NCBI GenBank assembly: GCA_050273025.1
Contig: CP158635.1
Coordinates: 6,076,001-6,140,000, forward strand
DNA length: 64,000 bases
Reading direction: 5' to 3'
DNA from: Cenococcum geophilum
Taxonomy: Eukaryota
Part shown: piece after piece, positions 38,117-52,300 of the stretch
Layout of the letters: each line of letters starts with the position of its first letter
Position numbering within the stretch: the stretch's first letter is position 1
Notes under the pieces: model-generated
What the model was told of the DNA's origin: nothing
Database searches by the model: none
What the model saw: only the letters and a program-made list of their open reading frames with translations
Program-made: the position numbers and the translations under genes

Positions 38117-41100
38117 AATATATTATACTTAGACACTAAATAACACTATACTACCTAGGAAGGCCTTAATAATATCTACTTTATAAGCTAGACAGGACTA
38201 GACCTATATCCCTAGAATTAAAACTAAAGCGTATAATACTAATAAACCCTAGGAAGTTAATAATAGCACCTAAAATACGCTTATTTAAGAGAGCTATTTC
38301 TACCTAAGAGGAACCTAAGATCCAATTAGGATTAGAAATTAAAGATAATAATAATATTATAGACGTATATAAGTAGATTCGCGCCCTTATAGCTAGCTAA
38401 AAAGCCAATTATCTTAAAGTAAGAAATATATAAGAGACCCTATAAGAGATCCTAGAAAGCCTTACAGCCCTATAAAATAGTCTAGCTTCCCTTTTTTAAA
38501 GCCCTAGCTACCCTATCTACTCTACTAAATACAATATACTAGGGAGTATAGATATAGTAATAAAGTAATTAAAGTCCGTTAAGCTTTTTAACCCCTAACC
38601 TCTATCTAATAGGATAGATTCTACCTTTAAAAATTAGAGGATCTAAGTACGAGGAAAACTCCGCGTTAACTATAACTATTTCCTCTCTAAAGAAGCTAAG
38701 ATACTTTACCTCTTTAGTTAAACTATAGGAGATGCCTAACATTACCTTTAAGCTAAATTTAAGGACGACTCCCCTATCTGCTTTATATCCGTTAGTAAAA
38801 TACTATAGTATTTAGCTGCTATATATATAAACCTAAACAAAGTATAAGATACGCGTTATAACTATAATAGCTTAATAATAAAGTTAAACTAATCCTTTAC
38901 TAAGTTCTAGACTTAATTCTTATACCTAATAGAAGAAGGCTAGGTTCCCCTTAAGAACTACCGTTTAGACCTATATAATAAGCTAACGGTTTAACTATAA
39001 GAGAAGATTACGATAGCCTTAAACAACCTACTAACCTACTAAAGACTTATAGCCTAATATTTATTGCTAGAATTAGAACTAAAGCAAATTAATACCCATT
39101 CTAATTAATAAAAAAAGGCTTATAATAGTTAAAACTCGTTAACTATACTTATAGGAGCTAAAGTAGGAAGACAAGCTCTAGCGGCTCTTGTATTAAAAGT
39201 GGTTATATCTATATACTAGCGAGCCTCGCCTAACTAGCTATATACTATACTATTAACTAGTACTTATTACAATAACCTAATTAACCCTACCTTAGCTATA
39301 TACTATAACTATAATAAAGAGGATTACTTTACCTTATCTTGCCTAGAGCTAAAGGATATAGGCGATATTAAAAAGATAAAGAAAGGAGAAATATCTAATA
39401 AGTTAGGAAAAAAAGAACCCTAGGGAAAACCCCCTCCCTAAAAGTACCCTATCGATCTTAAAGAGATTAATTTTAGTTAGTTAATAGGTAGAAAGTATTT
39501 TACGGTTCTATATATAGTATCTTAAAATAGATATAGAGTTAATATAACTGCCCTTATTAATACTAGAGCAAATAGCTTCGCCTTTATAAATACTACCTAT
39601 ATAAATAATATTACTAAGTTTCTAAATATAAAAGCTACTTAATTAAAGAAGCCTATTAAAAGGCTATAACGGCCAAGCTAGTTAGCCGGTTTCCTATGTT
39701 TTAAAATTATATATTGCTCTTAACAGATAACGCTAATATAGTATTTCTTTTTGTATCCTAGACTTAGGGTCTTATAATATAATCCTTAGCCAAAAATAGA
39801 TGTCCTATTTTAATATTTAGCTAAATATATAATAAAGATAATTTATCTAGCCGGAGGATAGACTGAAAGTTCCCTCCTTTATTAGGGAAATCCGAACTAA
39901 CTGTAAAATACTAGCCATAAGGGCTAACCCTATTTATTAGTAGGACGTCTAGGCCTATAACCTAGCCTTTACCTAAAAAAAACCCGCTGCGAAGCTAGAA
40001 AGAACTCTATATTAATAAAGATACTCTCTTAAAGTGCTATATTTAAAGAGGACTTTATATATAGTAGCGGGACAGATAGTAATATAAATAACGTCTAAAT
40101 TATACAGATCTAACCGGTATAGAAAAGAACGTATTAATAGGATATAAGGGATAACCTCTAAAAGATGCGATAGAAGCTAAAAGGAGTAATAATAATACTA
40201 ATACCCTAAAAGCCCCTAAAGTTATATACGCCCCTATTATTATATAACCCCCCTATAGTAAATATCGCTATAATTAGCGCTATAGCGTTCCACTTTAATA
40301 TATACTAGAAGGATAATAAGGTCTTTATAATAAGCTTATATAAAATTAACTAAATTATTAATAATAGGGAAAAAGAGCTAGCTAAAGAAACTAATAAGGA
40401 ACTAGTTAAACGCCTTCTTTTTACTATCTATATAAACTATAAGGATGTATTTTTAAAAGTAGCTTTAGATAAGTTACCCCCTTACTAGGTATATAATTAT
40501 AAGATTTAATTAAAAGCTAATAACTCGCTAGGCTATAGCCCCCTCTACTAATAATTAATAGATAAGCTAAAAGTAATGAAGTAGTACTTAATTAATAACC
40601 TAGATAAAGGGTTTATTAAGCTAAGTTAAGCCCCTTTTACTTCCCTAATCCTATTTATAAAAAAACTTAATAGAGGTTTTTATTTTTATATTAATTATTA
40701 AAAGCTATATACTATTACTTAAAAGAATTAGTATCCTATTTCTTTAATTAATAAAACCCTTATATATTTAAGTCGGGTAAAGATCTTTACTAAACTTAAT
40801 ATACGTTAAGCTTTCTACCAAATTAGGATAGACCCTATTAGTTATATAAGGTAATATTAAGTATTTACAAGTTATAGGCAGTATGATGGTTGTTAGTTAA
40901 TGTTCTTCTTAGAATAAGGAAGGGCGAGGAGCGTAAGACTCCTCGCCACGCTAGTGCCGCGGCGATACGTGACGACCGCTTACCTTATTCCCGACACTGG
41001 CAACTCTTCTTTTATAGTTGCCATCTATATACAAATACTGCTTAACTAGCGTAGTGTTACAGGACCACCCCGTAATACCTTATATACGCCCACTAATTAA

Positions 41101-41148
41101 GCCCAGTTATAAGACTGTAATTTGCCGCAATCTACTATAATCTGCTAT

Positions 41149-41352
41149 ATTCTGCTAGGCTATAGAATTCTACTAAATTCTGCTAAGCTATAGACTTCTG
41201 CCAAATTCTGCTTAGTTATAGACTTCTACTAAATTCTACTAAGCTATAGACTTCTACCAAATTCTGCTAAGCTATAGACTTCTGCCAAATTCTACTAAGC
41301 TATAGGATTTTACAAAATTCTGCTAGGCTATAGAATTTTACTAAATTCTACT
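41149..41352. repeat. 28-bp tandem array (~7 units) in the 3' UTR of Copia C
   Basis: Unit ATTCTGCTAAGCTATAGACTTCTGCCAA repeated with transition-type variation. Confidence 0.85.
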
Positions 41353-44300
41353 AGAACCGTAATAGCGTATAGTATATACCTGTTAACTATTGCTATTATA
41401 ATATATATCTTGCTCCTACTCCCTTTTAACCTAACCTTTAATTTATATACGTAGAGTATTTATATTAATAAATATCTCTAGAGCCTTATTCGGGTTTACC
41501 TTTATTATTACATTTACTAAATTATCTTAGCTGTTAATCCATTAAATCTTAAAGAGTTTTTGCCGTTTATAGGACTATTAAAGTGCTATAATATTAATTA
41601 TAAGGCGCTTCTTTTTTGTAGTACTAAGCTTAACTAAACACTTATAAAGGGAGTATAAGTCGATATATATAATTGTAGGGATAACGGGAATTTTAAGTCG
41701 ATCTGTAATTATCTTTAGGGTAGTTCCAATTGTAATTGCTATATTAACTCCGCTAACTATTCTATATATCTCTAACGCTAAAACGCTTTAAGTAACGCGC
41801 TTACTTTTAGTTAAGCTCTAATAAATAAGGTTGCCGTAGATTGTGAAGTTATTCTCTCTAATAAATTCGTTTGTAATAATAATCTTATATCCTAGCTAGG
41901 AGCTAAAATCTTTATTATTTATAAACAATCTATTAATAAATATAAAGAGCTTAGCGGTAGGAAGATTAATAGGTATATAGAGTAGTCCCTAAACTAAATA
42001 GTTTATTTGCTAGAAAAGACGTTTATTTAGGGTAAGAACGTTATCCTTAGTTAGTTTCTAATGTTAGGTAGCAATAGAGAGATTAAATAAAGCCTTAAGT
42101 TAACAGATAGAAGTAATATAAGCTTCGCGAGCGCGTTGCTCCACATATTCTTGCTTTAGAGAATTAATATTAATAACGTTAATCTTCTTGCCTTAACCCT
42201 TCTAGCGTAGAGCAATAGAATCCTTGTTTAGGGAGAGGATATATTTATTAAAAAGTAATAGTGTTATTAAATTAAGCTTTTCCTTTAGCTTTGCTATAAG
42301 ATTTACCTTATTAGCTTATCTTCTTTAAGAGCTAAGAATTGGTTGTCTTCTAAGATAATTATATTATTAGTTTATATGCCGATAATTCTAAATAGAGTTC
42401 CTATGGTTATAATAAGGAAGTAGGGGTTAAATATAGAAGTAGTTATTAAAAGCTTCTCTTTGTAGTGCTTACTATAGGTAGCCCACTAATAAGTTCCTAC
42501 CTCTGCAATTCTATATAATGGATTAAGTATAACTATAATTGTATCTTCGGGATATTAGTAGCGAATTTACCCTAAAAGGTATGCTAATATTAAGCGCTAA
42601 AGGTGTATCTCTAATTAGGTATAGGCCTAAGTAATATCTTATAAATAAACCGCCATTCTATTTTTTATTAAGGAGGAAGTTAGCGTAATAATAACTCGCT
42701 AACTAGCTCGTTAAATTATAGGAGATTATATAAAAATTACCTCCTTACTATTGTTATTATAGCCTTAAATTCTTAAATAGGGCGTTAGTAGCTTTGCCCT
42801 TAATCTTATTAACTATTCTTAACTTAAAGATACGAACTCTATTAAACTTAGTAGGGTTATACTTCTTAAATTTAAAGACTCCTTTTATAATAAGACCATT
42901 AATCTCCTACTTATTAGATGCTTAAAAAGGAGCTCCTAAAGTTATAATACGGCCTTCCTTTTAGAGCTATTTTGCGAGTTTAAAGTTATCCTTCTCCTTA
43001 GCTATTATAAAGGCCATTAATAACTTAACTCTATTTTTAATACTGGTAATAAATTGCTCTTTAAACTTAATAAAATATTAGTAATTTTATAATCCCTTTA
43101 GGCAACCTTTACCGCGTTATAGTTACGGCGTATCTACTACAATTATATTAAAATTGTAGTCGCCTTCTAAAGCACGTTAATTGTAGTTCTCCTCTAGGGT
43201 ATCTTCTAGGGCATCCTATAAAGGCTTAATAACAGTTAAATAGAATTAAGTGGGTCCGTAAGGCATCTAAATAGTATAAGTTTAACCATTAATTATAATA
43301 AGTTAATGTGGGCCTAACTATCCTCCCTTTTTACGCTATATATATACCTTAGACTAGAGTAGCAGATTAAGCGTAGTTAAGGTATTTAGGCCATTTCTTA
43401 TTCTAAGTACGTTGTTAACCTAGCGTATAGCGTAGAGACGTTATACCTCCTTTATTATCTTATAAATAGCCTTAGCTTATTATATAATAGAGGGAGATAG
43501 TAGAGAATTATTAGTTATTTAAGGGTAGGCGCTAAAGACTAGTAATATAGGTATAAGTTTATCTGGGCTAGCGGAATTATTAATAGCTTTAACAGCTATT
43601 TATAAGGTAAGTTTTTTACTAGCGTCCTTTAGTTCCAAAGAGATAATCTTATATACGTGGCGTAATGGTATATAATATCGCTCCACTTTTCTAATACTAT
43701 TATATGCCTTAATGGGGACTTTCTTAACCTTAATTACTATTACCTTTATCTATTATTAAAACTTTATAGATAAGAAGTTCTTTCCTATATTATAGACAAT
43801 TTAATTAGGGGGTCCTAGGTAGACATTAATCTAGCATAATTAAAGGGTATTCTATATATTCTTAGCTAATATATCCTTTAATAATTGTGCGGCTTAAAAG
43901 GAGGTTAAAAAGTTAATAACTTAGAGTACTAGCTTACCGCTAAGATATATAACATTAACAATAATATAGAAGTTAAAGTTGTAGTTATCTTTAAGGGTAA
44001 ACTTAAATTGGCTAGGGGACTTCTGGTTTATTTAGTAGTAATAGTAGTACTTTATAAGATGCTTAATTGCCTTAACCTTAACTTTATAGCCTGCTTACTA
44101 AAGAACCCTAAGCAATTAGTAAACGGATGGGTAGCTAAAACAATAGTGTAGTTAACGTAATTCTAACTTAGTTAAGTGGCTTTAAGTAACGCTCTTTTCT
44201 GGTTACTAAAGGAGCAATTAAGGGTAACCCTACTTACGTATAACAGGCATCTAATTATCTCCCTACATAAGCATATTTTTAAGGTTATTAAGCTTAACGC

Positions 44301-45600
44301 CTAATTAATTTATATCCCTAATATAGAATAAAAATGGAGTGTTCGCGGGAATAATATAGAAAGTAATATATCCTAAGGGGGTTTAGACCCTAATTGTGCT
44401 AAAAGAGATTATAGTACCTTTACTAAAACGAATTGTATATTAGCCTGCCGTTAATTAGTTAATCTAAATAGAGCTATTAAGCTGCTAGAGAGCTTAAACT
44501 TAGGGTTCTCCTACTATAGATACTCCTGCGGCTCCTATATCCAGCATAATACTATAAAAGATATTTGCTAAGTATTTATTATTAAAGGAAAATACAGAAC
44601 TCTCTTTTAGCTTATTAAAGATATCTAACTTTATAATAGAATGGAGCGTAGATTAGTTATTAAGAATAGTAACGGTTTATATACTATCTACCTTACCATA
44701 CTTAGTAAAGTATTGGTTAGGAAAGTAGTCCTTAATTTCTATATCTATAAGGAGCTGTTTAACCTTATTAACCTTACCCTTAAGATCTTCTACGCCTTTA
44801 TATTAAACCAGGAAGCTTTAAAAGTAGGCTATAGTAACCTTATAATTTCTAATATTTCTTATACTTTAGCGAAAATTATTATATGCCTCCTTTTGCTTAT
44901 TAAGAGAATACCTAGTTAACTAGTAATTTGGCTTCTTACAAACATAGCACTTCTTCTAGTAATTACTTTAAAATAAACCTCTATAAGGACCTCTATAATT
45001 ACCTTATTATTAACGTTAATTATACCCTTTACTATATTCCTTACTACGGCCACTATATATTTGGCTAGTCTAGTTATAATTATATTAGTTAGGAATACTT
45101 AGTTAGGTAGGGTTTTTGGTATAAAACTATTAAGATTTTTATATTTGTATCGCAATACCTATAGTAGAGCGTAGCTTAGCATATACTCCTTTAAACGTAT
45201 TTATAGGTTTATATAGCGCCAAATTATACTTAGAAATACTACGGCAGGCTAAGATAACCTAGTCCCTTAGACTGTTCTTATTTTAGTAAGTTTCGGTAAG
45301 GCTATATTAGATTTTCTAGAGTTTATTAAAAAGTAGTTAAAGGCACTCTAAATAAGTCTTTATTAAGTTAGAAGTAATAACTCTTTAAAATATAGTCTCC
45401 CGCTATTCGGATATATAAAGTTAGCAATTTTTATTAGTTTTAAAGTGGGCTCTAGTAAGCTAAAGTATTATATTAAAGCTATAGTTTTTACCTATAATAT
45501 AGTTATAATAAAATGTCGCCGCCTGTCCCTTTAATATAACTAAAAAAGTATAATAAAATTAATAGTATTAGATTTTAACCTTACTATAGCAGTTATAAAA

Positions 45601-45836
45601 GACCTATAAGGATTTCTTATTTTTTTTAGAATCTTTTCTATTGTTTTCTTATTACCTAATAGTTATTAGTAACCTAGTATTTTTACTAAGTAGCTATAAA
45701 CTACTAGGACATAGTTACTAGTACATATTAAGCTGCCTGAGAAGGATTTATATATATAGAGCTATAGCGCCATAGCCTAGAGGCTGCATGCGCAGTATTG
45801 TATGTAGTATAATATAATGGACCTAAAAAAAAAAAA
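45601..45836 (+). mobile_element. ~235-bp poly(A)-tailed retroposed fragment (5'-truncated LINE 3' end or SINE) inside the gag of Copia C
   Basis: The Copia gag frame (..LYNILKIKLLVF | YNCYSKV..) is split by an insert ending in the hairpin GCGCCATAGCCTAGAGGCTGCATGCGC and A12, with AAAA flanks as a probable TSD. Confidence 0.6.
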
Positions 45837-45866
45837 TACCAATAGTTTTATTTTAAGTATGTTATA

Positions 45867-48800
45867 TGTAAGGTGAGGATATAGATAGGAAGTCCAATAA
45901 TAGAACAATAGATATATTGTATAGACAGAGACGAATCCTTAAGGGAGAAGGAGAAGTCTAAGGTGCGAGGTAAGGGGTTTCTATAGGCACGTGCAGCGCA
46001 CGTGCCTCACAGACGAGTCGCCTGCGGGTCGCCTGTACCTCGCAGCTATATAGCTATCTACTTAGGTTTTACCTAACAATGCCCCCCCCTTTAAAAAGGG
46101 TCGTCCCCGATCCTTTATATGCTTAGGCCTCGATAAAACCCTATAAAAACCTTTAGAAGAAAAAAATTAGAAGGGAAAGAGCGTCCTAATTTTGCGTATA
46201 GAGAGACAGGTAGTACACTTACGCGGCGTAAAGATATTAAGGAACTTTAACCGCCGGTTAAAGTTATCTGATTAGTTAGATTTAGCTTACTAAAACTTCC
46301 CTACATTTCACCAAGCCAATAGCGATTTTATATACCCGGTATGGAAATTCCTAATTAGTCTATTTAATAGGTAGAGCCAGTAGCTTAATACTATCGCCCG
46401 AATTTGGTAGATATATTCCAAAGGTTTACTTATATAGGTAGGTCGCTGGTACCTTACGGGTAGGTCGTAGGTTATTCACATACAGCTAGATTTAGGACGG
46501 TAAGGCTATATACCCGTTAGATCCGCCACTAACCCTACTTTAGCCTTACACTATACTAGCGTAGCGCTGTGTATACTTTGTGGGTAGGTTATAGGTTACT
46601 TACATACGGCTAGATTTAGGACAATAAGGCTGTATGCCCGTTAAATCCGCTGCTAACCTATGCTTTAGCCTTACGCGTTATCTGTATAGCATATATATAG
46701 AATAGTATATAAGTTATCTATATAGGTTACTACCAATAGGTTACTAGTAGGTCGTAGACCCTAGTTAAAGGACCCTAGTTATGGACGGGTATAGGATAAT
46801 ATATGAGTCGTTAGTATAGGTCACTATTAGTAGGTCACTAGTAGGTTAAAGACTTTAGTTAAAGGACCTCGGTTATAGACAGACCTATCTAGTATAAGTT
46901 ATTAGTATAGGTCACTACTAGTAGGTTACTAGCAGGTTATAAACCCCGGTTAAAGGACCCTAGTCTTAGACGAACTATAAAGTATATAGCGGTGCGATTT
47001 AAGCGTTAGCAGGTATTGTAGTACCTAAGTATTTACGGAGGTCCTTGGTAAGGCCAAACCTTATTATACCTTAAAAGTCCTTAAGTGTTGCCAGCAGAAA
47101 CTTGCCCCTAGGTAGTCACATATAGAGCGTATAAAGGCGTCCCTTATACTCTATAGATGGACTAGTAACTTAGGGGTATTCCATAAAGGCCGTTTCGGCT
47201 AAGGTAGCTACTACTACCACTTGCCATAGCACGAGGCTCTGCGTAAAGCTAGTGCTAGTGAGGTAACGTATAATACATAGGTTACTTATAGGGTTATTAT
47301 AGGGGACCATCGCCTGGGCTAAGGGTCTAGCGCTATAGGTTGGTCGAAGTCTTAGTAAGAATGGCAGGATACTCTGGTCCGCTAGCACTAGGTTATTAGT
47401 ATAGTAGCACCAAGACCGCCCACAAGGTCTATAACCCGCAACTTTTATATAGCATTAAGAGTTAATTTAGCACCTATTATTATATTAAGCATATAGGCGG
47501 ACTTTACCCTAGGGTATATCCATCGCAATATATACCACAATGCGTTCCCTTTCTCCCCATCTAGCGTTAGGTCACGATGCGCCTACGTAAGGTATATATT
47601 TAGGGGTATACGGTATCCGAATCTTTAGGCTTATATATAGGTTATTAGTATAGGTCACTACTAGCGGGTTACCAGCGGGTTATAAACCCCAGTTAAAGGA
47701 CCCTAATTACGGACGGACCTGTCTGCTAATATACGTCATCGGTACAGGTTACTACTAGCAGGTCACTAGCGGGTTAAAGGACCCTGGTTAAAGGACCCCG
47801 GTTATAGACAGACCTATCTAGTATAAGTTATTAGTGCAGATTACTACTAGTAGGTCACTAGCGGGTCAAAGGACCCTAGTTAAAGGACCCTAGTTATAGA
47901 CGGACCTGCTACCTAACAGTTAGGCATTATTTATAGCGGTTTACTACTAGTGTTCTTTATAATTACTATCTACGTTCTTCTTATAATGCGTAGGCGTATC
48001 GCTAGCGTTTGGGAGGTCCTCTAAGCCATCTAGCTGTTAAGTAGTCTCCCCTAAAGCTTAGTTAGGAAAGCGTCGCCTTTTTAGGGTTCCGTTCTCTAAA
48101 CCTAACCCTATAGAGCCTATACTACGACCACACTTCGGGCGCAAAAATCTACTATTACTAGCTACACAGTCTTCCGCGAGCTTTATAGTGTTAAGTAGTT
48201 GCTCTATATAGCAGATTTCTACAAAAAGGTCCTTAGTGGTTTTCACCCGTATAATAAAGTTCTGGCGAAAGAGCTTTGCCTATAGGTAAGTTAGAAGATA
48301 TAAGAACTAAAAGTCTACCTACTAATTAGGGTTAATAAAAGGGGTATATAAGAAGAGGTCCTCTAAGCTACGCATATAGGCTAAGAAGGTGTTAAACTTT
48401 TAGTTCTCCTTTATTACAGTCGTATAGTATACAGTAGCATTTTTAAAGTGTCTTACTATAGGGTTCTTAATCTAGTCTTAAACCATAGTCTTAAGTTCGT
48501 CCCATAGTAGAGGACCCTTATCTTTGGCGCCCAGGCGGTAATATACCAGTTAGGCGACTATCTTCTCTTTTATAAGACCTTTAATGGCCTAGCGCGTACG
48601 TCGCTTGCAGTCATAGTCAGCGTTATTAATCTTAAATTAATTCTCAATTGCGGTAATCCATTAGTTAAACTTCTGTTAAGTAGTGCCACCAATATCAGGC
48701 GGTAACTTCTTAACTAGGGCGTCAAGATTCGTTCGTCGTATACGTTCGCTACGCAACTTATACTCTTCACTAGAGGGGTGATAGGAGGTTAAATCGATAA

Positions 48801-49347
48801 TGCTCCATAAGTTGGCTATTTTCTTGGCCAGCTCATCTAGCTCCTTTAGGTCAGTAGTATTTGGTAGGACGCTGGTAACCTTGCTAAGCTCCTATTAAGC
48901 CTAGGTATATAAGTTAAACTAGTCTCTAGCGTTCGTAGATATCTGGTCGTCTTGAAATTTGGAAGGTCACGTAGATTCTGCTGATGTGCTTCTAGTACTA
49001 GATCCTAAGGCGTTCTGCAGTCGTATCGCTAGCGTGTCGCCGTCGAGTATAGGCGTCGATCTTGTCTTCGGAGGCATTATAGATCGTAGAAAATTAAACC
49101 GGCTATCCTCCTAAAGGGATTGGTAAGGATTCGAATGTGAGGTAAGGATGTAGATAGGGAGTCCAATAATAGAACAATAGGTATATTGTATAGACAGAGA
49201 CGAATCCTTAAGGGAGAAGGAGGAGTCTGAGGTGCGAGGTAAGGGGTTTCCATAGGCACGTGCAGCGCACGTGCCTTACAGGCGAGTTGCCTGCGGGTTG
49301 CCTGTACCTCGCAGCTATATAGCTATCTACTCAGGTTTTATCTAACA
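45867..49347 (-). mobile_element. Non-autonomous gag-only LTR retrotransposon D (3.48 kb) inserted in Copia C
   Basis: 212-bp LTRs at 45867-46078 and 49136-49347 (TGT..ACA), TSD TTATA and a G-run PPT on the minus strand at ~46081-46089. A gag relic starts at ATG 49078 (MPPKTRSTP..., LWDELKTMV...FNTFLAYMRSLEDL). No RT or integrase motifs were seen. Confidence 0.85.
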
Positions 49348-52300
49348 TTATATAGTTCTCCTCTAAACTTCTTCTCTTCGTTTAAATATACCTTTATTAA
49401 ATTTGTAACTTCTTATAATAAAGGCTTACCGGTTAGCTAAAGTAGAGAAGTTAGAGGCGGCGAAGGTGAGGGAAGAGTACCTCTAGGTAGGAAAGCACCT
49501 CTAGGTAGGAGAGCACCTTTAGGTAAAAGATTAGCGTTTTAGGGATTTTAATACGAATTAAAGTTGCCTTTTAAAGAATATAGGTTAGTTTTAGGTTTCC
49601 GTAGTTAACGTATAATTTTAGCTTCCATCTATACCGGTTTTTCTATACTAATAATAACGGCCTAAATATTACTAGCGACTAGGTTACCGTTCTTAGTAAC
49701 GTATACCCTATTTCTATAAAGGAAGTCTTAAAAATCTTAAATAATATTAACATTTCTAAGTGCCTAGGTGTCGGCAGTTTATCCTACAAAATCCTTCTTA
49801 AAATATTCCTATAGTTATAAATCGGTATAGTATCTATCTTAGTAGAATAGAATATAGTATAGGAGAAAACTATTAACTTATTTTACAGTATAAGTTATTA
49901 TATTAAAGGTAAATTCGTCCTAATCTTTATTAATAAGTTTTGCGTATGTAGCTACCCCTAGTAGTAAGGAGTCTTTCCAGTTATTTAGAGTAGCTATGTT
50001 TTTAGAGGAAGGGAAGTATTATTAGGGTAGGGGTTGTCGTTTAGTACGCGTTCGTGACGTATATTTACGATTATAGGGCTTAGGACTAGTTCTAGCCTTA
50101 AATCGCGAAGACTCGTAAAGCGTGTTATTCTGCGTAATAGACGCAAGAATCTGTAATTTAGGAAAGGCTTAGGACCAGTTCTAGCCTTTAAATCCTTAAA
50201 TTCGTAGAAGAGTTCTATTTAAGGTTTAGGACCAGTTCTAACCTTAAAAGACAGCTTCCTTTAGCACGAGTAGCACTGGTATAGTGGCTTATCTCTTCTT
50301 AGTGGAATACCTAGCTATTCTATAGTATAACAGTAAAGTTAACTACTAATTAGTGTTGGTTATATAAGGTGATATCACGTATCTACAAGTTGTAGGCAGT
50401 ATGATGGTTGTTGGTTGATGTTCTTAGAATGAGGAAGGGCGAGGAGCGTAAGACTCCTCGCTACGCTAGTGCCGCGGCGACACGTAACGACCGCTTGCCT
50501 CATTCCCGACAGACCCTATATTTAAAGATTTAATAATATTCTATACCTATTATAGTTTCTATAAATATAAAGTTCTTCCTTTTAGACTAATAAACGGACT
50601 AGCTATATACTAAAGGTATATAAATAACGTTCTCTTTAATTACCTTAATAAATTCTACACAGTATACCTAGATAATATTCTTATATACTTAAACAATAAA
50701 CTTAAGTATTAAGTTTATATTAAGGAGGTCCTAAAGAGACTACAGAGTATAGGCTTATAAGTTAATATTAAGAAATATAAGTTTAGGGTAAAACGTATAA
50801 AATACCTTAGGTTTATTATAACTATAGAAGGAATTAAGGTTAACCCTAAGAAGGTAAAGGCAATCTGTAACTAGAAGCCCCCTTATATAGTAAAAAGGAT
50901 CTAGTCCTTCCTTAGCTTTTATAATTTCTACTACTAATTTATCCGCAATTATAAAATTATAGTAAAGCCCCTTATACGCCTAACTAAAAAGGATACGCCT
51001 TTTATATTTAATAATAGCTATATAGGAGCCTTTAAAGAGATGAAGAATCGGCTTATCTCTTCCCTAATTCTTTATTACTATAGCCTAAGCCTTAAATTAA
51101 TATTAAAAACAAACGCTTCTAATAGGGTTATAGCGGGAATCCTATTATAGCTATACCTAAACAGTAAATAGTACCCTATTACCTTCTTCTTAAAAATAAT
51201 AAAGAAATGCTAGCTATTATCTAATTGCTATCTTAATAGCGTATAGAGCTTAAAGGCACAAACTTTTAGATTAAGATATATATAGATTATAAAGCCCTAG
51301 AGTACTTTATAACTATAAAGCAGCTTACTAAATAATAAGCCCGCTAGGCTAAAATACTCTTCTAGTTCTTCTTTATAATTATATATTGTTTTAGTAAGTA
51401 AAACTCTAAAGCTAATATATTAACCTAAAGGAAACAAGATATATGACCTTAGGATAAGCTAAAGACCTAATACCGGACGCGCGCGCTCCTCTATCCTAAA
51501 TAGCTTAATCTATAGATCTTTAAAGAACTAAACTCTAAATAAAATAACTTAGCACCTATAGAGGGAGAAGTCTTAGATAAATTAATAGGACTAATTAACT
51601 ATATCCTAAATGCAAACTATATAGCTAACTCCCTAAAGGCCCTCCATAACTAAGCCATAAAAGATAACCCTAATTTAGAAATAGAAGAAGGACTACTTTT
51701 ATACTAAAAATGGCTTATAGTTCCGGATATTAATAACCTATAAATAGAGCTAATCTATAAAGCCCACTGCTAAGTCTCTATGGTATACCCTAGTTAAGAT
51801 AAGACCTACTAACTACTAACGCCCCGTTACTACTAGCGAGGACTTCTATCTAATATAGATTGATTTATTAGAAACTGCCACGCCTATAGACGCGTAAATA
51901 CCCCTAAGGATTAAACACCTAGGTAGTTATAACTGCTACTAGTTCTAGAACGCCCTTAGCAATATATTATAATAGACTTTAAGTTGTTTCTAAAGGACGC
52001 CTACGGCCATAATACGGCCTTTATAGTAATTAACCAATTATATAAGTAATCTATCTCCCTCCCTTATTTTAAGACCACAACTATAAAGGATATGGCCCAC
52101 CTCTATATTAATAACATCTATTAATTCTACAGCGCCCCTAAATTAATTATCTCTAACTATAGTCCCTAGTTTATATTAGATTTCTAAAACAAACTCTACT
52201 ATATCCTTAGGATTAAGATTAAGCTCTCTACTATATTTTACCCTTAGATTAACGGCTAAACCAAGATTATAAACTAGTACCTTAACTAGCGACTATATCC

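Larger units (their letters stand above)
40836..50511 (-). mobile_element. Ty1/Copia element C inserted in the RT of B1
   Basis: LTRs at 40836-40996 and 50354-50511 (TGTTGG..GACA) with TSD GACCC (40831-40835 / 50512-50516). Minus-strand relics include ELR*LHYCFSYPSV (ELRQLHRRFGHPSV), VNKIKGKATNA and PLYRIAEVGTY*WATY, in Copia order (integrase before RT). Confidence 0.9.

Noticed and set aside
41149..41352. 28-bp periodic array resembling a CRISPR
   Set aside because: The units are head-to-tail with no unique spacers, there are no cas genes, and the context is a eukaryotic retrotransposon UTR.
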